A stretch of 64,000 bases of DNA from Selaginella moellendorffii (GCF_000143415.4 NW_003314315.1:310001-374000); one strand, 5' to 3'; counted from the first letter of the stretch, positions 1 through 16,408 are shown. Numbers and translations: made by a program. The notes: generated from the letters alone by a model not told the origin.

Positions 1-515
1 GCATGGCCAAGAACAAGCTCCTCCCCTCGCAAAGATCCCCCCTCTGGGCATATGCCTGGAACATCAAGTTCCACGTTACTAGGCTCTTACAGCACCAGAG
101 ATTCCGGAATACGTCCAGCTTGGCAGTACGCCCCAAATGATCCTTGTCCACGTGTTGGCATCTCGCTGTGCATTTAGAGCACATTCCAAATTCCCTGCCT
201 GGGGATATGCGTGGAGGACGGTGTTCCAGGCGCAAGGCATCTTCTCAAAAACTTCCATGGCATCCCCAAGATTCCCAAGAGATACAATCTTGGCGGGGCA
301 TATTCTCCAGGATTCTGGCATATGCCCGTTGTGGGCATATGCCGCGACAGTGATATTCCGTGATATTCGATAGTGTAGGGCAGGGAGACGTTCCTACAGT
401 CTCCCGAGCTTACCGTACATTTCAACGAGCGCGTTGGAGAGGAATGTATTGTCTCTGAGCTCTGGAGTGGAGAAAATCTCCTCATGAATCGCCGATGGAG
501 AGGAGAAATCTCTAG
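1..515 (-). pseudogene. Degraded copy of the 5' part of the PPR gene at 7949-9937 (continues off the left edge)
   Basis: Near-identical blocks to 9241-9965 (e.g. caagaacaagctc...gggcatatgcctgga; aggagaaatctctag) but with many internal deletions and frameshifts. Confidence 0.9.
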
Positions 516-660
516 ATATATATTTTTTATTTTAAACATTTACCTTGTTTACGTGCACGCAGTAATATTCCAACAATATTCCGACAGCCATACTTTTACT
601 TGAATGTCCACTTAGGGTTCTAGAATATTTTCAAACAAGAAGTAGAGAGAGAGAGGGACG

Positions 661-1997
661 ATGGAGCGCAAGATTTCGATCGCCGACACAATTCTCAAGG
701 ACGATCCCTCGAATGCAAAGGCGATCCTCTCAAAGGCACGCTCGCTGAGCTTGGAGAGTACCGGCTCGCCCTGGCCACTCTTGATGAGGCGCCATCGATG
801 GACCAGATCCAAGAACTCCAGGCGGCCGCTCGAGAATGGGACAGGCAGAGCACAGTCGGACGCTTCGATCTATCGGCCTATATTCTCAGCGGATGCCAGG
901 ACGATGTCAAGCTTGGGAATTTCGTTGGTCCAGGGACGATCGTGAGCGTGCCGGGCAAGGGTCGCGGATTCATTGCCACCGAGGACGTGGAGGCCGGCCA
1001 GATTCTCCTCTGCGAGAACCCCATCGTCTTCAGGTATGTAGTTTCGATCGATTTTGCGCCCGATCCGGCCAAAGACTGATTCTTTCTTTCTCCCGCCGAT
1101 CCGCGCGGCAGCTATGGATCGTTCGACATGAACCAGCTCAAGGCGTCGCTCCACGAGGCGGCAAAATCTCCCAAATTGATGACGAAGCTCATGGCTATGG
1201 AGGGCACCACGATCCCAGCGATGGCTATCTTCACGCCCAACTCAGGTGTGGTGGATCTTGGCAGCGCCAAGCCGATCGCACTCCAGCGGCTTATGAAGAT
1301 CGTAGTCGACAAGATCACCTGGGGACATCTCTACTGCGCGCGCAACGGGATGCTTCGTCCACAGGCATTCTATGGCCTCTGGCCGCTGCTCGCCTTCGTC
1401 AACCATTCGTGCTCCTACAATGCCTCGATCGCCTTGGTTGGCCAGGCAATGTTCCTCGTCGCCAGCACCAGGATCCGGCGTGGGGAGGAGATCGTCTTCT
1501 CGTACGTTGATCCGTGCCAGCCATACTTCAATCGCCACAATGTGCTCGGCTTCCAGTGTAGCTGCCGCCGCTGCTTGCTAGAGCTCCAGCGCCCCGCCAT
1601 CACCAAGCTCAAGGCTAAGTTCACACAAGCCTGCCAACACTACGAGTCTGGAGAACGCAGCAGTCTTGCGGCCATGGCCAACGACGCCAAGAAGTTGGCG
1701 AGAAAGGAGGGAGATAAGCTCGCCAAGGCATGGATTCGCACCATCTTCTGGGTGTGCTACCGCGTCAACCTCGGCCAGGAAAAGGCTGCCATCTCCTTCG
1801 ATGATGCCTGGGAGCTCCACCGGGAATGCACTCCCGGCCAACTCGGCCAGCTCTCTTTCATCGTCAAGCGTCAACGCCGCGCCTGTGAGCCGATCAACAA
1901 GTTTGATGTTCTGAGAGCCTTCTCTCTAGGATTCCCGGTCGTAGCTGTCGAGGACGAGGCTGTGGCTGCAGCCATCCTTGACTTAGTTCTCGCATAA
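661..1997 (+). CDS. TPR + SET (SMYD-like) lysine methyltransferase-domain protein; frameshift near 741-746, possibly a pseudogene
   Basis: GKGRGFIATEDVEAGQILLCENP, GLWPLLAFVNHSCSYN, GEEIVFSY and post-SET FQCSCRRC; GT-AG intron 1034-1111 joins ORFs 798 and 1128 in frame. Confidence 0.8.
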
Positions 1998-2022
1998 CGG
2001 TATGATTTCATCTGTTTTACAG

Positions 2023-2086
2023 TTGTTTCATACAGCTCTTGACAATTCTCCCATTTGTTTCATACAGCTCTTGACAACTCTCCCAT
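2023..2086. repeat. 32-bp direct tandem duplication
   Basis: ttgtttcatacagctcttgacaa(t/c)tctcccat x2. Confidence 0.95.
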
Positions 2087-2168
2087 CTTTAGAACACTAC
2101 CGCTAATGGGATGGTATGAGTTTTTCTTTTTGGTCTTGTTTCGTTCAGCTCTAACAGTTATCGCATTT

Positions 2169-6102
<3,934 letters not shown>

Positions 6103-7948
6103 GTTTGATTTAGGGTTTAAGAAAAACCCGTTTTAAATGGCAAAACTTTAGGGCAGGCAATTGTGATTGATAGTTGGTGCACTGGTCAAGGTTTATTATG
6201 AAGGTTGGTGTGGACAATGTTGTCCAAGTTGCCACCAATAATGCATTAAATTGCATAACTATGGGAAATGAGATATTACTTTTAAAGGATATTAAAAAGC
6301 TTCAGTTTTCATGATAATCCAGCTTATTCTACCTTGTTCATTTTATAATACTTCAGTCTTTCTTTCTATTCCAGGAGCATCAAATCTTGATAGAGTGTTG
6401 CAGCCTCTCACATATGTAAGATCATCTTTGTATTCTCTTTTCAGGTTCTAACCGATAGCATGGTAGGCCCTCCAAATGACCAAAGACAGTTGGGGATATA
6501 AACCCCCACCGGTGCCAAGTACTAGTTGTGTACCAGACTCTTGACCGAACTTGATTTCCTTGTGTTTATGTTCCAGCCTACAGAGCAGTTAAAGCTGCAG
6601 AAGCTCGTGCTAAGGCTACGGATCCAGCTCCTGTTCATGGGGCTACAGGGACATGAGATTCTCCAATCCTTCTTGGATGTTCTCTGCCTAATGCTAGTCT
6701 TGTTGAAGCTCTTTGTCCGCTGCTGCTGAATGAAGCTCCAGCTTCAACTACTTACTTCAGCCAATCTCAGAATGTTTACTCGCCTCCAGGCTTCACGGAC
6801 AGCCTCGCCAGCAGCAACACCCGAGGCCAAGCGGCAGAGAATGCAGTTTGAACTCCCACAAGTTCTCTTCAAGGTATAGAATTTTTTTTAGCGAGAGACT
6901 TTTACACCAGACTTTATAAGTTCTTGTAAGTATGAGTGAGTTTCAATTATGCTGTAAAATGAAAGAAGTTCAAATCTAAGGTGAAACTGGATATAAGAAA
7001 AGCTATGACACAGCTGTAGAGGACTTTCCATCAGATAAGAAAACTGAACTAAGTAACATACTTTCAAAACTCGAAAATATTACTAGCAATCCAAATAAAA
7101 AGAAAGAAGTTTGTCACTTCATTGTGTTAGCTATGGCGACCTTGAATCGCTACTGTCACTGCTCACAGTAGCCATCACCAGTGTCTCAATATGTTGAGCT
7201 TGATCAAGTCTACAGAGCAACCATCCATCGTGATCGGTTTCCATGGTTTGGATAAGGAACCCGAACCAAAGATGCATAAAGCATCTTCATCCATGATAAG
7301 CACAAAATTATTATCCATGAATGGAATCCTCTCAAAGTAAAAAGCTTGGATGACCATTGATCCCAGCAACTGGTGTCCGTCGAATATTTCTTCATCTAGC
7401 TCACGCATTGGCTCAATGGTTTTCAAAAGCCACTAGCTATCCAGTTCCTCGCTACCTGGGGGAATGGCGAACACAATCTCGAACACCATTTGAATCACAG
7501 CACTCTTTGGTCATTGCTACCTTGAATGCACTGCTTGAGATTGGCCAAAGCTTGTTCAGCCAGATCATTTGGAAGAAGAATGCTTCTAAAGGACGGATCC
7601 ATGTTCTTATGGTGTCTATTGACTAATCAACATTGTGCGCTAATTGTGACTATTCTGCCAACTAGTCAGCATGGACTGTTGACCAAGGAAGCGATCTCCA
7701 GTTCTTGCATAGCCTACCAAACTCCTCAATAAGCGCTTTAGCTACAACCTGGCGCCAGATCAACTTTACCATAGCGACCTCGCGGATCCATCGCAGGGAC
7801 TCCGAGTCTCTTGGGCGTGAAGATGCACAGCTTCCTCACCTTCACGAATCCATCGCCATAGTCAGAAGAGTTCTCACAGTGGCATTTCTTTTGTAATTAG
7901 GTGTGGAATGGTATTTTTTTAATTTTAAAGGCTTGGCGGGAAGATATT

Positions 7949-9937
7949 TTAGGGCAGCTTCAATGCGTTGGAGAGGAGAATGTAAGGTGATCCATTCTCC
8001 GGCTCTAGATCAAGAACGCGGCACGCCGCTCGCGTCCCTCGATTCTCTTCGCCGTGGATCTCACAGGCAGCGAGCAGCGTCCTCCATGCGACGGCGTCTT
8101 CTTTTCTTGCAATCCGAGCGAGCTCCTCCGCTTCGTCGAGCCGCTTCACCCGGCCCAGGGCATCGATCAGGCAGTGGAGATGCTCTGGCAGCCGCTCCAG
8201 GTGGAAATCCGTGGCCATGGACCTGAAGAGATCGATCGCGTCTTGGATTTTCCCGGCATGGCCACATCCGGTGAGCATCGCGAGGATCGTCACAGCGTCG
8301 GGATCACTGCCGCGCAGCAGCATCTCGCGAAATATTTCGATATTTCGCTCGCAGTCCCCGCTCTGCGCGATCGCGGTGATCAAGACGTTCCATGACACGG
8401 AGTCCAGCTCCTGCGCCGAATCGATGATGTTCCTGGCGCTGTCGAGCAGGCCATTGTGTGCGTAAGCGCTCGCCATCGCATTCCAGGTGAGAATATTTCG
8501 CTCTGGAATCTGTGTGAAGCTCACGATCGCTTCCTCTATCAGGCCGTTCTGCCCGCACGCGACGATCATCAAGTTCCACGACAATAGGTCTCTCCCAGGA
8601 ATTCTCTGGATCACGGCTCTGGCCTCGTCGATCGACTGTCCCCGCTGGGCATACGCCGAGAGCAGCCAGCTCCAAGATGCCAGATCTCTGTGACTCATCG
8701 CATCAAACTGGAGCTTGACGTCCTCGACCGATCCAGCTCGCGCGAAGGCTCTCAACATCAGATTCTCGGAAACTAGGCTCCTCTGAGGCATCGCTGCAAA
8801 GATCTCGTGGGCGGCATTGGCATCGCATCTCGAGTAGGCGGCAATCATCGCGTTCCAGGACACCGCATTCCTGTGTGGCATCTGGCGAAAGAAGATTTGC
8901 TGGGTGTTCTTCACATCGCCGCTCTCGGCATAGGCCTGGATCATCGCGGTGAGCACGACGAGATCGTGGTGCGGCATCCTCTCCACAACCTCTCGCGCCA
9001 GCGGCAGATCCCAGCGCGAGCAGGAACTCACCAGCGCGGTCCAGGACACGGCATCTCGCTGAGGAGCAGCGTCGAAGGTCTGTTTCGATCGATCATCCTG
9101 GCTGCTACCCGAGATCATCGTGTTCCAGGACACTCGATCCCACATTGGCATCGCCACGAAGATCGCTCGCGCCTCGTCGCCATCGCACTCTCTCGCCGCC
9201 AGTAGCAACAGCGCGTTCCAAGAGAAACCATCTCTTTCAGGCATCGCCAAGAACAAGCTCCTCGCCTCGCAAAGATCCCCGCTCTGGGCATATGCCTGGA
9301 GCATCAAGTTCCACGTTACTAGGCACCTCTGGGGCATCTTGTCCAACAGCACCAGAGATTCCCGAATACTTCCAGCTTGGCAGTACGCCCCAATGGTCCT
9401 CGTCCACGTGTTGGCATCTCGCTGTGGCATCGACTCCAGCACATTTAGAGCACATTCCAGATTCCCTGCCAGGGAATATGCGTGGAGGACGGTGTTCCAG
9501 GCACGCAGGTCCCTGTATGGCATCTTCTCAAAAACTTCCATGGCATCCCCAAGATTCCCAAGAGATACAAAGCCAGCGATGACGCTCGTCCACGCTACAA
9601 CGTCTCGGTGGGGCATATTCTCAAAGAGTCTACAGGATTCCGACATATGCCCATTCTGGGCATATGCCGCGACCGCAATATTCCACGAGTGTAGATTGGG
9701 GCAGGGGATGGAATCGAAGACGTTCCTGGCGTCGTAAAGTCTTCCGAGCTTGCCGTACATTTCAACCAGTGCGTTGGAGAGGAATGTGTTGTGTCTGAGC
9801 TCTGGAGTGGAGAGAATCTCTTGGTGAATCGCCGCTGCCTTGCGGTGGTCTTTGAGAGCGCCACACAGCTTTGCCGAGCTTACCAAAGAGAGTATCTTGC
9901 GGAGCTCTTCCCGCATGGAATTGAGATGGAGAGGCAA
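7949..9937 (-). CDS. PLS-class pentatricopeptide repeat protein with E domain, no DYW
   Basis: Intronless 662-aa ORF of ~31-aa MPxRDVVxWxxxIxxY repeats; ends HCLIDALGR...WRTLLAACEIHG...PENGSPYILLSN; first ATG at 9916. Confidence 0.93.
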   Translation of the reverse strand: MPLHLNSMREELRKILSLVSSAKLCGALKDHRKAAAIHQEILSTPELRHNTFLSNALVEMYGKLGRLYDARNVFDSIPCPNLHSWNIAVAAYAQNGHMSESCRLFENMPHRDVVAWTSVIAGFVSLGNLGDAMEVFEKMPYRDLRAWNTVLHAYSLAGNLECALNVLESMPQRDANTWTRTIGAYCQAGSIRESLVLLDKMPQRCLVTWNLMLQAYAQSGDLCEARSLFLAMPERDGFSWNALLLLAARECDGDEARAIFVAMPMWDRVSWNTMISGSSQDDRSKQTFDAAPQRDAVSWTALVSSCSRWDLPLAREVVERMPHHDLVVLTAMIQAYAESGDVKNTQQIFFRQMPHRNAVSWNAMIAAYSRCDANAAHEIFAAMPQRSLVSENLMLRAFARAGSVEDVKLQFDAMSHRDLASWSWLLSAYAQRGQSIDEARAVIQRIPGRDLLSWNLMIVACGQNGLIEEAIVSFTQIPERNILTWNAMASAYAHNGLLDSARNIIDSAQELDSVSWNVLITAIAQSGDCERNIEIFREMLLRGSDPDAVTILAMLTGCGHAGKIQDAIDLFRSMATDFHLERLPEHLHCLIDALGRVKRLDEAEELARIARKEDAVAWRTLLAACEIHGEENRGTRAACRVLDLEPENGSPYILLSNALKLP

Positions 9938-10013
9938 ACTTGCCTCATTGCAGGAGAAATCTCTAGCTCAAGTGTCTTTCTTTTTGCCTACGAATGGCTT
10001 TTGCCGTTCTTTT

Positions 10014-11742
10014 CTACGTTGATAGCGCTCTCGTCTGTAATTCCACTGTCAAGTCCCTCACGCCAATGTCATTGTAGACGCTGTGGGCGTGTTTTAGAAT
10101 GGCTTGCTCGTCGCTGCCTTCTTTCACCTGTGGATTCGACTTGAGACATTCAAAGCTAGAAAAAAGGATTTTTAGAAATTCTTGCCTCGAGAAGAAGCGT
10201 CCCCACGACAAAGCCAGGGACGAGTTCCCAGAAACGAGCACGATAACACTCTAGCACGCCTTCAAGTGATCCCACCTGGGAAAAAAGTTAAGCTTAAGCT
10301 TAGTAGCTGGACGAGTGACTATACTATCACGTACTTGTCTCAGGCATTTGCTAAAAGCCGATGGAGATATCCCTGGAGGAGACATTTGCAAGAGTAATCC
10401 TCCAGAAGCGTTGAACAGAGGTAGAGCCAGGAAAAACACCGCTACCGAGACAATGCCCAAGCAAAGAGTTTCTGCGTTTTTCACCCTGGAAAAGAGAAAA
10501 ACAGAAGACTATGTACAACCGTTTTCTTATAGATTCCACTTACCCAAGAGCCAAGAGCCAGGATGCAAGGATCACACCAGCGCTTCAAACATAAGAAAGA
10601 CAAAGCTTAGACAACTTTCGAGTTACGAGCGATTTATGCTTTCTTACCTCCGAATAGAATCAGAGAGTACGTGGAGACAGATGGAGTGATTGTTCATGTC
10701 TTCCGCTTTCCTGTAAACTGATCATGCGCAAAAGTGTAAAACCGAAGCGCTCACTCGATAGAGAGGTACGTTACCAAAACTTATCCGCGCGTAGTTTCGG
10801 AAGAACCATACTCCCATGGCATTCACGCACAGATTTGCTACGGCTGACACGATCAAGTAGTGCCTGAGAAAAGAAAAACGTGGACCTTGATAGGACGGAC
10901 AAACGAGAGAACAAAGCCTTACTTGTGCTCGGACTCGTCTTGAACGAAAGCATGCAACGCTTCCACGGCAAGAGAGAACGCGAGAAAAAGCAAAAAAAGC
11001 TGCAAAACATACGCGAAACAAGAGATGAGCCGTGGAGAGAAAAACAAAGATAAACTGGAATGCTTTTCTACAGTGTTTGTAAAGGCCGCTAGAACTTCCA
11101 ATCTCTTATGCCTGCGTCGAGAAGGAAGAACACTAAAATCCCAAACAAGAGAAAAGAAAAAGCCGCGAAGCACTGACCCGTAAGTATAATCGTCGTCAGC
11201 TTTCCGCTTGGCCATGACCATCGCAAACAAGGAGAAAGTGAGCATCCCACAGCCGAAAGTGAGATGGAAAGCATCCGACACAAGACCTGAAAGAGGAAAA
11301 CAAAGAAAGATTCATCATCTCAAACTTCTTTTCTCTCTTTTCTATGCTTACCAATGCGACCAGTGAGCAATCCAATGAAGAGCTCCAGCGAGGAGTAGGC
11401 GACATTGAGGAGGATGAGAAGGAGCAGCCGCTTGGTCTGCCGATTGCCATAGCTGGTGATCTTCTGCATGAGCGTGAGAGCCTTGACAGCGCCCCTCACA
11501 TTCTTCCACTTGCTGCTGCTCCTGGTGGTCCCCTGGAGATCGCTCTTCCATGACGACACATTTCTAGAGAGGGCGGGACTAAACCTGGAGAGCGAGGGGG
11601 GATTCTTCCAGCTCTCCCGGCCGGACGCTGGCGATGGTAGATGATCCAAAGGCGCGGCAGCAGCAGGAGGATGGCGCTTGTTGCCCGGCGGCTGTGGGCT
11701 GAGAGGAACTGGATCGAAGCGCACAGCGTCCGGCTCCTCCAT
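10014..11742 (-). CDS. MTP5: Cation diffusion facilitator, metal tolerance protein MTP5/MTPc2-like, multi-exon
   Basis: Spliced exons give LVSDAFHLTFGCGMLTFSLF, RLEVLAAFTN, EALHAFVQDESEHKHYLIVSAV, EDMNNHSICLHVLSDSIRS, RFWELVPG, DLTVELQ. Confidence 0.9.
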
Positions 11743-11819
11743 GCTAGTTTTAGGGCACGAAAAATATTGATTTAGCTCGCATTAGGATTTGCTGCTGGTG
11801 GTCCGGTTTGTTTTTTCAT

Positions 11820-12425
11820 GGGAAACGATCTTTTTCTCTTCATACCTGAGACCATGAGCCTGCGATCGGCTCGGTTTCGTTCTTTGGATTCCAGCCGATT
11901 CCAGCCGATGAGAAAACTCGTGAGTTTTCTCATGTTAAACAGCGGCGACAGTTTTATCCACTCTAATGAGAAAGTATCCAAATTATGCTTTCGATATTTC
12001 TTTTCACTGTGTTTTTCGCTTTTCAAATTCCTGTATCCAATCTATCCCGGCAAAACATACGAGAAACATCTTAGAACAGTGTTTGTAAGCTAGACACAAC
12101 ACTAAAATTTCAAACAAGAAAGCACTGAAACGTAAGTATAATCGTCGTCAGCTTTTCTCTTCGCAATCACCACCGAAAACAAGGAGAAAGCGAGCATCCC
12201 ATAGCCATAAGCTAGATGGAAAGCATCCGACACACGCCGTGGAAGAGAAAACAAACATAAAACCATTTCTCTTGTTTCTATGCTTACCAATACCTTGAAG
12301 AGCTCTAGTGAGGAGTACGGGAGCCGCTTCGTCATAGCTCGTCTGGGACTAAACCTGGGGGGATTCCCGACCCGTTGTCCGGCGGCTGTGGGCTGAGAGG
12401 AACTGGATCGAAGCTGCTAGTTTTA
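11820..12425 (-). pseudogene. MSI1 remnant (11820-11960) followed by MTP5 remnant (12075-12425)
   Basis: Matches to 16953-17190 and to 11070-11750, with deletions. Confidence 0.85.
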
Positions 12426-12749
12426 CGACAGGAAGAACTATGTTACTACATTACGCCACTGCTTAAATAGATGCAAAAGACTTGCACCGCAAAACCAAGA
12501 ACAAGAAGAGAAAAAGCAGAGAAAGAGATAACTATGAGAGAAAAAACAGAGGGGGAGAACTCCTGGAATGACAACGCTCAGTAAGCAACGAGAAAAGAGA
12601 AAAACAAATAGGCTTAGTGCTTCTCTCGAGATCCAGCTCGGGAAACGCAGGATAAAAGCGATGCTGCTGCTGGAGACACGGTCGGAATTGCCTGCTGCTA
12701 CATTCTCGAATTGCGATTTGACTCTGATCAGTCGTCTTCGTAAATCAAT

Positions 12750-13876
12750 CGTCAACCTGACTTAACTTTTTGTTCCATTGCCTCGAGAATTCGTGCTCGG
12801 TTGCTCCTGCTCGGCCTCCTGCAAGTTGAATTCAAAGAACTTACTTATAGCACTTGTGCTGAACGGGCTTTCACCTTTCCTTCTTCTCTGGACTTCCAAA
12901 GAAGAAGCGAAGGCGAAAACGAGTTCATCGCATGTTGAGGTCTATTGAGCGAAAAATCTCCCTTCGAAAGCTCTCAGGGATGAAAGTTCGCTGCCCAGCT
13001 TACATAGTTATCTAATAGGCAGCGAATGTCCATGCTTGAGATCTTCAGAGAAACTCCAAAAAAAGCCTCAAGCAAAAGAATGCGGCAGAGGCTGGATTTC
13101 CTGATGAAAGAGGATGAATAATAAGCAATGAAACAAACTTGCCTGAAATATTTGCTTGGCTTCGAGCACTCGCCGTGCCTTGGTAACATCCAGAGACATA
13201 TCTGGGAGTCATCCAAACCGCTTAGCAAATGACCTTCTTTGAATAGACTCCACGAAAGTCCATAGCCTTCGGTCTTGTGTCCCCGGACCTTATATCCGAG
13301 CTGCACACGCCCTCTTGAGGCGGCTCCCACATTCACACACAGATTTGCTACGGCTGATACGATCAAGTAGTGCCTACGAAAATGGATCTTGACAGAGACA
13401 CAAAGCCTTACTTGTGCTCGGGGGAACTAAGGCACCGGATCCACGGCAAGAGAGGCAAGAGAGAACAAGAAACAGCAGAGAATTGATCCGTAAATAATCG
13501 TCATTGGCTTTGTCTTCGCGATGATCGGAAACAAGGAGAAAGTCCGCATCCCACAGCCGAAAGCTAGATGAAAGCATCTGGGAAGAGAAAACAAAGAAAC
13601 TCTCGTCTTAAAGTCTTTTTTCTCCTTGCTATGCTTACCAACGCAACCAGTGAGGAATCCAATGAAGAGCCCCAGCGAGGAGTAAGGAGGAGGAGGACGA
13701 GAAGCAGCCGCTTTGAAATCGTGATATTGCATGAGCATGAGAGGCTTCACATCCTTCCACTTACTACTATGACGACACATAGGTGGAGAGCGAGGGGAAT
13801 TTTAGCTCTCCCGACCGGACGCTGGCAGTGATGCTCGTTGACAGGCGGCTGTGGGCTGAGAGGAACTGGATCGAAG
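12750..13876 (-). pseudogene. Remnants of the hypothetical gene (12750-13100), MSI1 (13134-13325) and MTP5 (13325-13876)
   Basis: Matches to 15560-15850, 17512-17702 and 10811-11720; MSI1/MTP5 junction cttgaggcggCTcccac. Confidence 0.88.
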
Positions 13877-14106
13877 TATTTTGTCTGAGATGATATTCCT
13901 TTTACAAGAACGTAGGTTGCGTCATTTTGCAAACGAACTATATCTTCAACTATGTTTATGTAGGAACACAAATGAATCTATATCATTGAGCTCTACTATT
14001 GAATGTTGTTAGGAATTGCTACTTTCAAAGGGGTGGTCTCGTTGGCTGTTAATTCTTCAAAACTTCGCAACCAAAAATAAAAAACCAGGAGCGCTCGTAG
14101 GGCATA

Positions 14107-14742
14107 ATGGGAGGTAACCAGCCGCGCTGTAGTGGTTTTATGCTGCCTCCGCCGCCCCGTGTCCGTGGCAGCAAATGGCTTCAGGAGGGGGAGGTCGAGT
14201 CCCTGGCCAGTAGCAAGTGCGAGGTGAGCTTACTCCCTTTTGGTACCTTAGACGACTGTCCTCGCAAGAGAGTGGATTGGAGTAGACTTGTGCAAGGCTG
14301 TGTACAAGAAGGCGGGAATGCTAGCTGGGTCGATTGCTTGGCGATTTGTGCAAGAGCCATGGCTAAGATCAAGGCACCCAAGCTTGAAACTCGGCCTGGA
14401 GGAGAGATGGTGATGCTATCTCTCAAAGGAAGCACGTCAGTGTTGAAAGCGAAGAAGATTCCCGATCACTTGTTGGAGGCGCTGGTAGCTCGGCATCCAG
14501 TGGTGACCAGCCTGCGCTGCAACCAGGGACGCGTGATCGATCCTGGCTTTACTACTGGTCATCTCAATCCGTATCCATTCTACAATGGAGACTACAATCT
14601 GGACTGTATCCCACGCTGCTCGGTTTTGGTAGGCTACGACTGCACCATCTTCGACACAGCATTCAACATAGTTTATAATGTTCGTAAAACCGGGGTTGAC
14701 TTACTCACTGGAGTGGGAGAGATCGTACTCGTGCCTATGTAA
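14107..14742 (+). CDS. Intronless 211-aa hypothetical protein, weak papain (C1A)-like motif spacing without the catalytic residues
   Basis: Clean ATG-TAA ORF; PRKRVDWSRLVQGCVQEGGNASW and CSVLVGYD resemble papain VDWR..Q..CGSCW and HAVLLVGYG. Confidence 0.45.
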   Translation: MGGNQPRCSGFMLPPPPRVRGSKWLQEGEVESLASSKCEVSLLPFGTLDDCPRKRVDWSRLVQGCVQEGGNASWVDCLAICARAMAKIKAPKLETRPGGEMVMLSLKGSTSVLKAKKIPDHLLEALVARHPVVTSLRCNQGRVIDPGFTTGHLNPYPFYNGDYNLDCIPRCSVLVGYDCTIFDTAFNIVYNVRKTGVDLLTGVGEIVLVPM

Positions 14743-14936
14743 GATTTCTGTCTGATTCCGTCTGAATAAACTACCCCCTGTGTATTTGCTTTGTGTTTTA
14801 TGGTGTTTGCGAATGGAGGGACTACATGAAAATGCCTCCAGAGGTGGACCATGGTGGAGTCATTCGAAAGCTCCCCTTCTGATGTAGACACAGTCTTGGC
14901 TCGACTTAGATTTTCCTAAAACAGGTGCCCTTTCAG

Positions 14937-15455
14937 CATCCCAGAGACATATCTGGGAGTCATTCGAGCAGTTGGCAAATGACCAGAAAGTCCATAGCCT
15001 CCCCTCTTGAGGCGGCTCCCATATTCACACACAGATTTGCTGTGACTGATAGGATCAAGTAGTGCCTGAGAAAATGTATCTTTACAGGAAATACAAGAGA
15101 GAGCAACCTTACTTGTGCTCGGACTTGAACGAACGCGAGAAACAGAAGCGAAAAGAAAAAACTACAGACCCATAAGTATAATTGTTGTCTTCGCGATGAT
15201 CGGAAACAAGGAGAAAGTCCGTATCCCACAGCCGAAAGTTTGGTGGAAGAAAACAAAGAAACTCTCGTTTTTTCTATGCTTACCAATGCGACCAATGAGC
15301 ACTCCAATGAAGAGCTCCAGCGAGGAGTAAGGAGGACAACCAGCCACTTCGTCATCGTGATCTTCTGCATGAGCGTGAGACGCTTCACATTCTCCCACTT
15401 ACTACTGTGCTCTTCCAAAACGACTGTGAAGAGTGAGGGAATTTTTAGCTCTCTC
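14937..15455 (-). pseudogene. MSI1 remnant fused to MTP5 remnant (same junction as at 13325)
   Basis: cctcttgaggcggCTcccatattcacac at 15003-15030; matches to 17561-17702 and 10811-11620. Confidence 0.88.
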
Positions 15456-15502
15456 GACTGGAAAAATATCTTACTTTGCTTAGCAATGCGTTGACATCCA
15501 AT

Positions 15503-16408
15503 TTAATTACAGATGAAAATTTTGAAAGGCTTTGTTGGCTTGATCAGCCCAATCGTCAACATGGCCTCGAGAATTCTTGTCTCTGGCTCCTGCTTGGCCT
15601 CCTGCAACTTGAAATCGTGCTTAATTTCTTTTCGAAGGAGGTGAAAGAACGAACTTACGAATCGCATTGCATCGGCTGCGATGAGCGGGCTTTGACCTCT
15701 TCTTCTCTGGAAAATGATTGATCTCCCTTCGAAAGTTCTTAAGCATAAATGCTTGCTGCCACTGCACGAACAGAGCTATGGAAAAAAAAACTCCAAAAGA
15801 AACTTTTAAAAAACCTCAGTAAAAGTCTGCGACAGAGGCTGGATTCCCTCCTGCATTTTTTGCGCCTCATGGAGAGCGCACGCATACCTCTGCAATCAAC
15901 GAGCATTCTTCCAGCCAGTAAATTAAAAGGTGACCACTTACAGCCCTCAAGGAAGATATGGTCTGGACTGCAGGAACTTTGTCTTCCTTCTCGCCACTGC
16001 AATCACCGTGTTGCTCAAAGTTGCCTTTGAACAACTCGGTGATTGCAATAGCAAGATGTGGAGCGACGCTTGGCTCCGCCGCAATAGCTCGCAGTTCGTC
16101 GTTCAGAAGACGCATCGACTCCAACTCCGTCGTCTGCCCCTGGAAAGAAAGCATCAGACAAATGTCATGAACGTCAATCTTCTTACCGGGCCTCCATGGC
16201 TGGAGCTTTCTTTGTGCTTCTTGTTGCACGGAAGAACTTCCAGGGATGCGGAGTCTCTCTGCCTTTTCTGACTCTCCTGATCCTGTCGTCGCGGCGCCCC
16301 CGAGCTCTGAAGTGTAGACACATGGAAATCCAGCATCTGGTTTATAAGGAAGTCGTGGGAAGAGACGTCGTGGCTATCATGGGGATGATCGATCGGAAGG
16401 ACCTCCAT
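15503..16408 (-). CDS. Hypothetical multi-exon protein of unknown function
   Basis: ATG (MEVLPIDH), short GT-AG introns allowing in-frame joins (..SLRA/RYACALHEAQKMQEG..); a degraded copy lies at 12750-13100. Confidence 0.45.

Noticed and set aside
6300-7900. Exon-like, stop-ridden segments between AlaRS and the PPR (hint of F-box-like CKNWRSL on the minus strand)
   Set aside because: No coherent frame or recognisable family; cannot support a call
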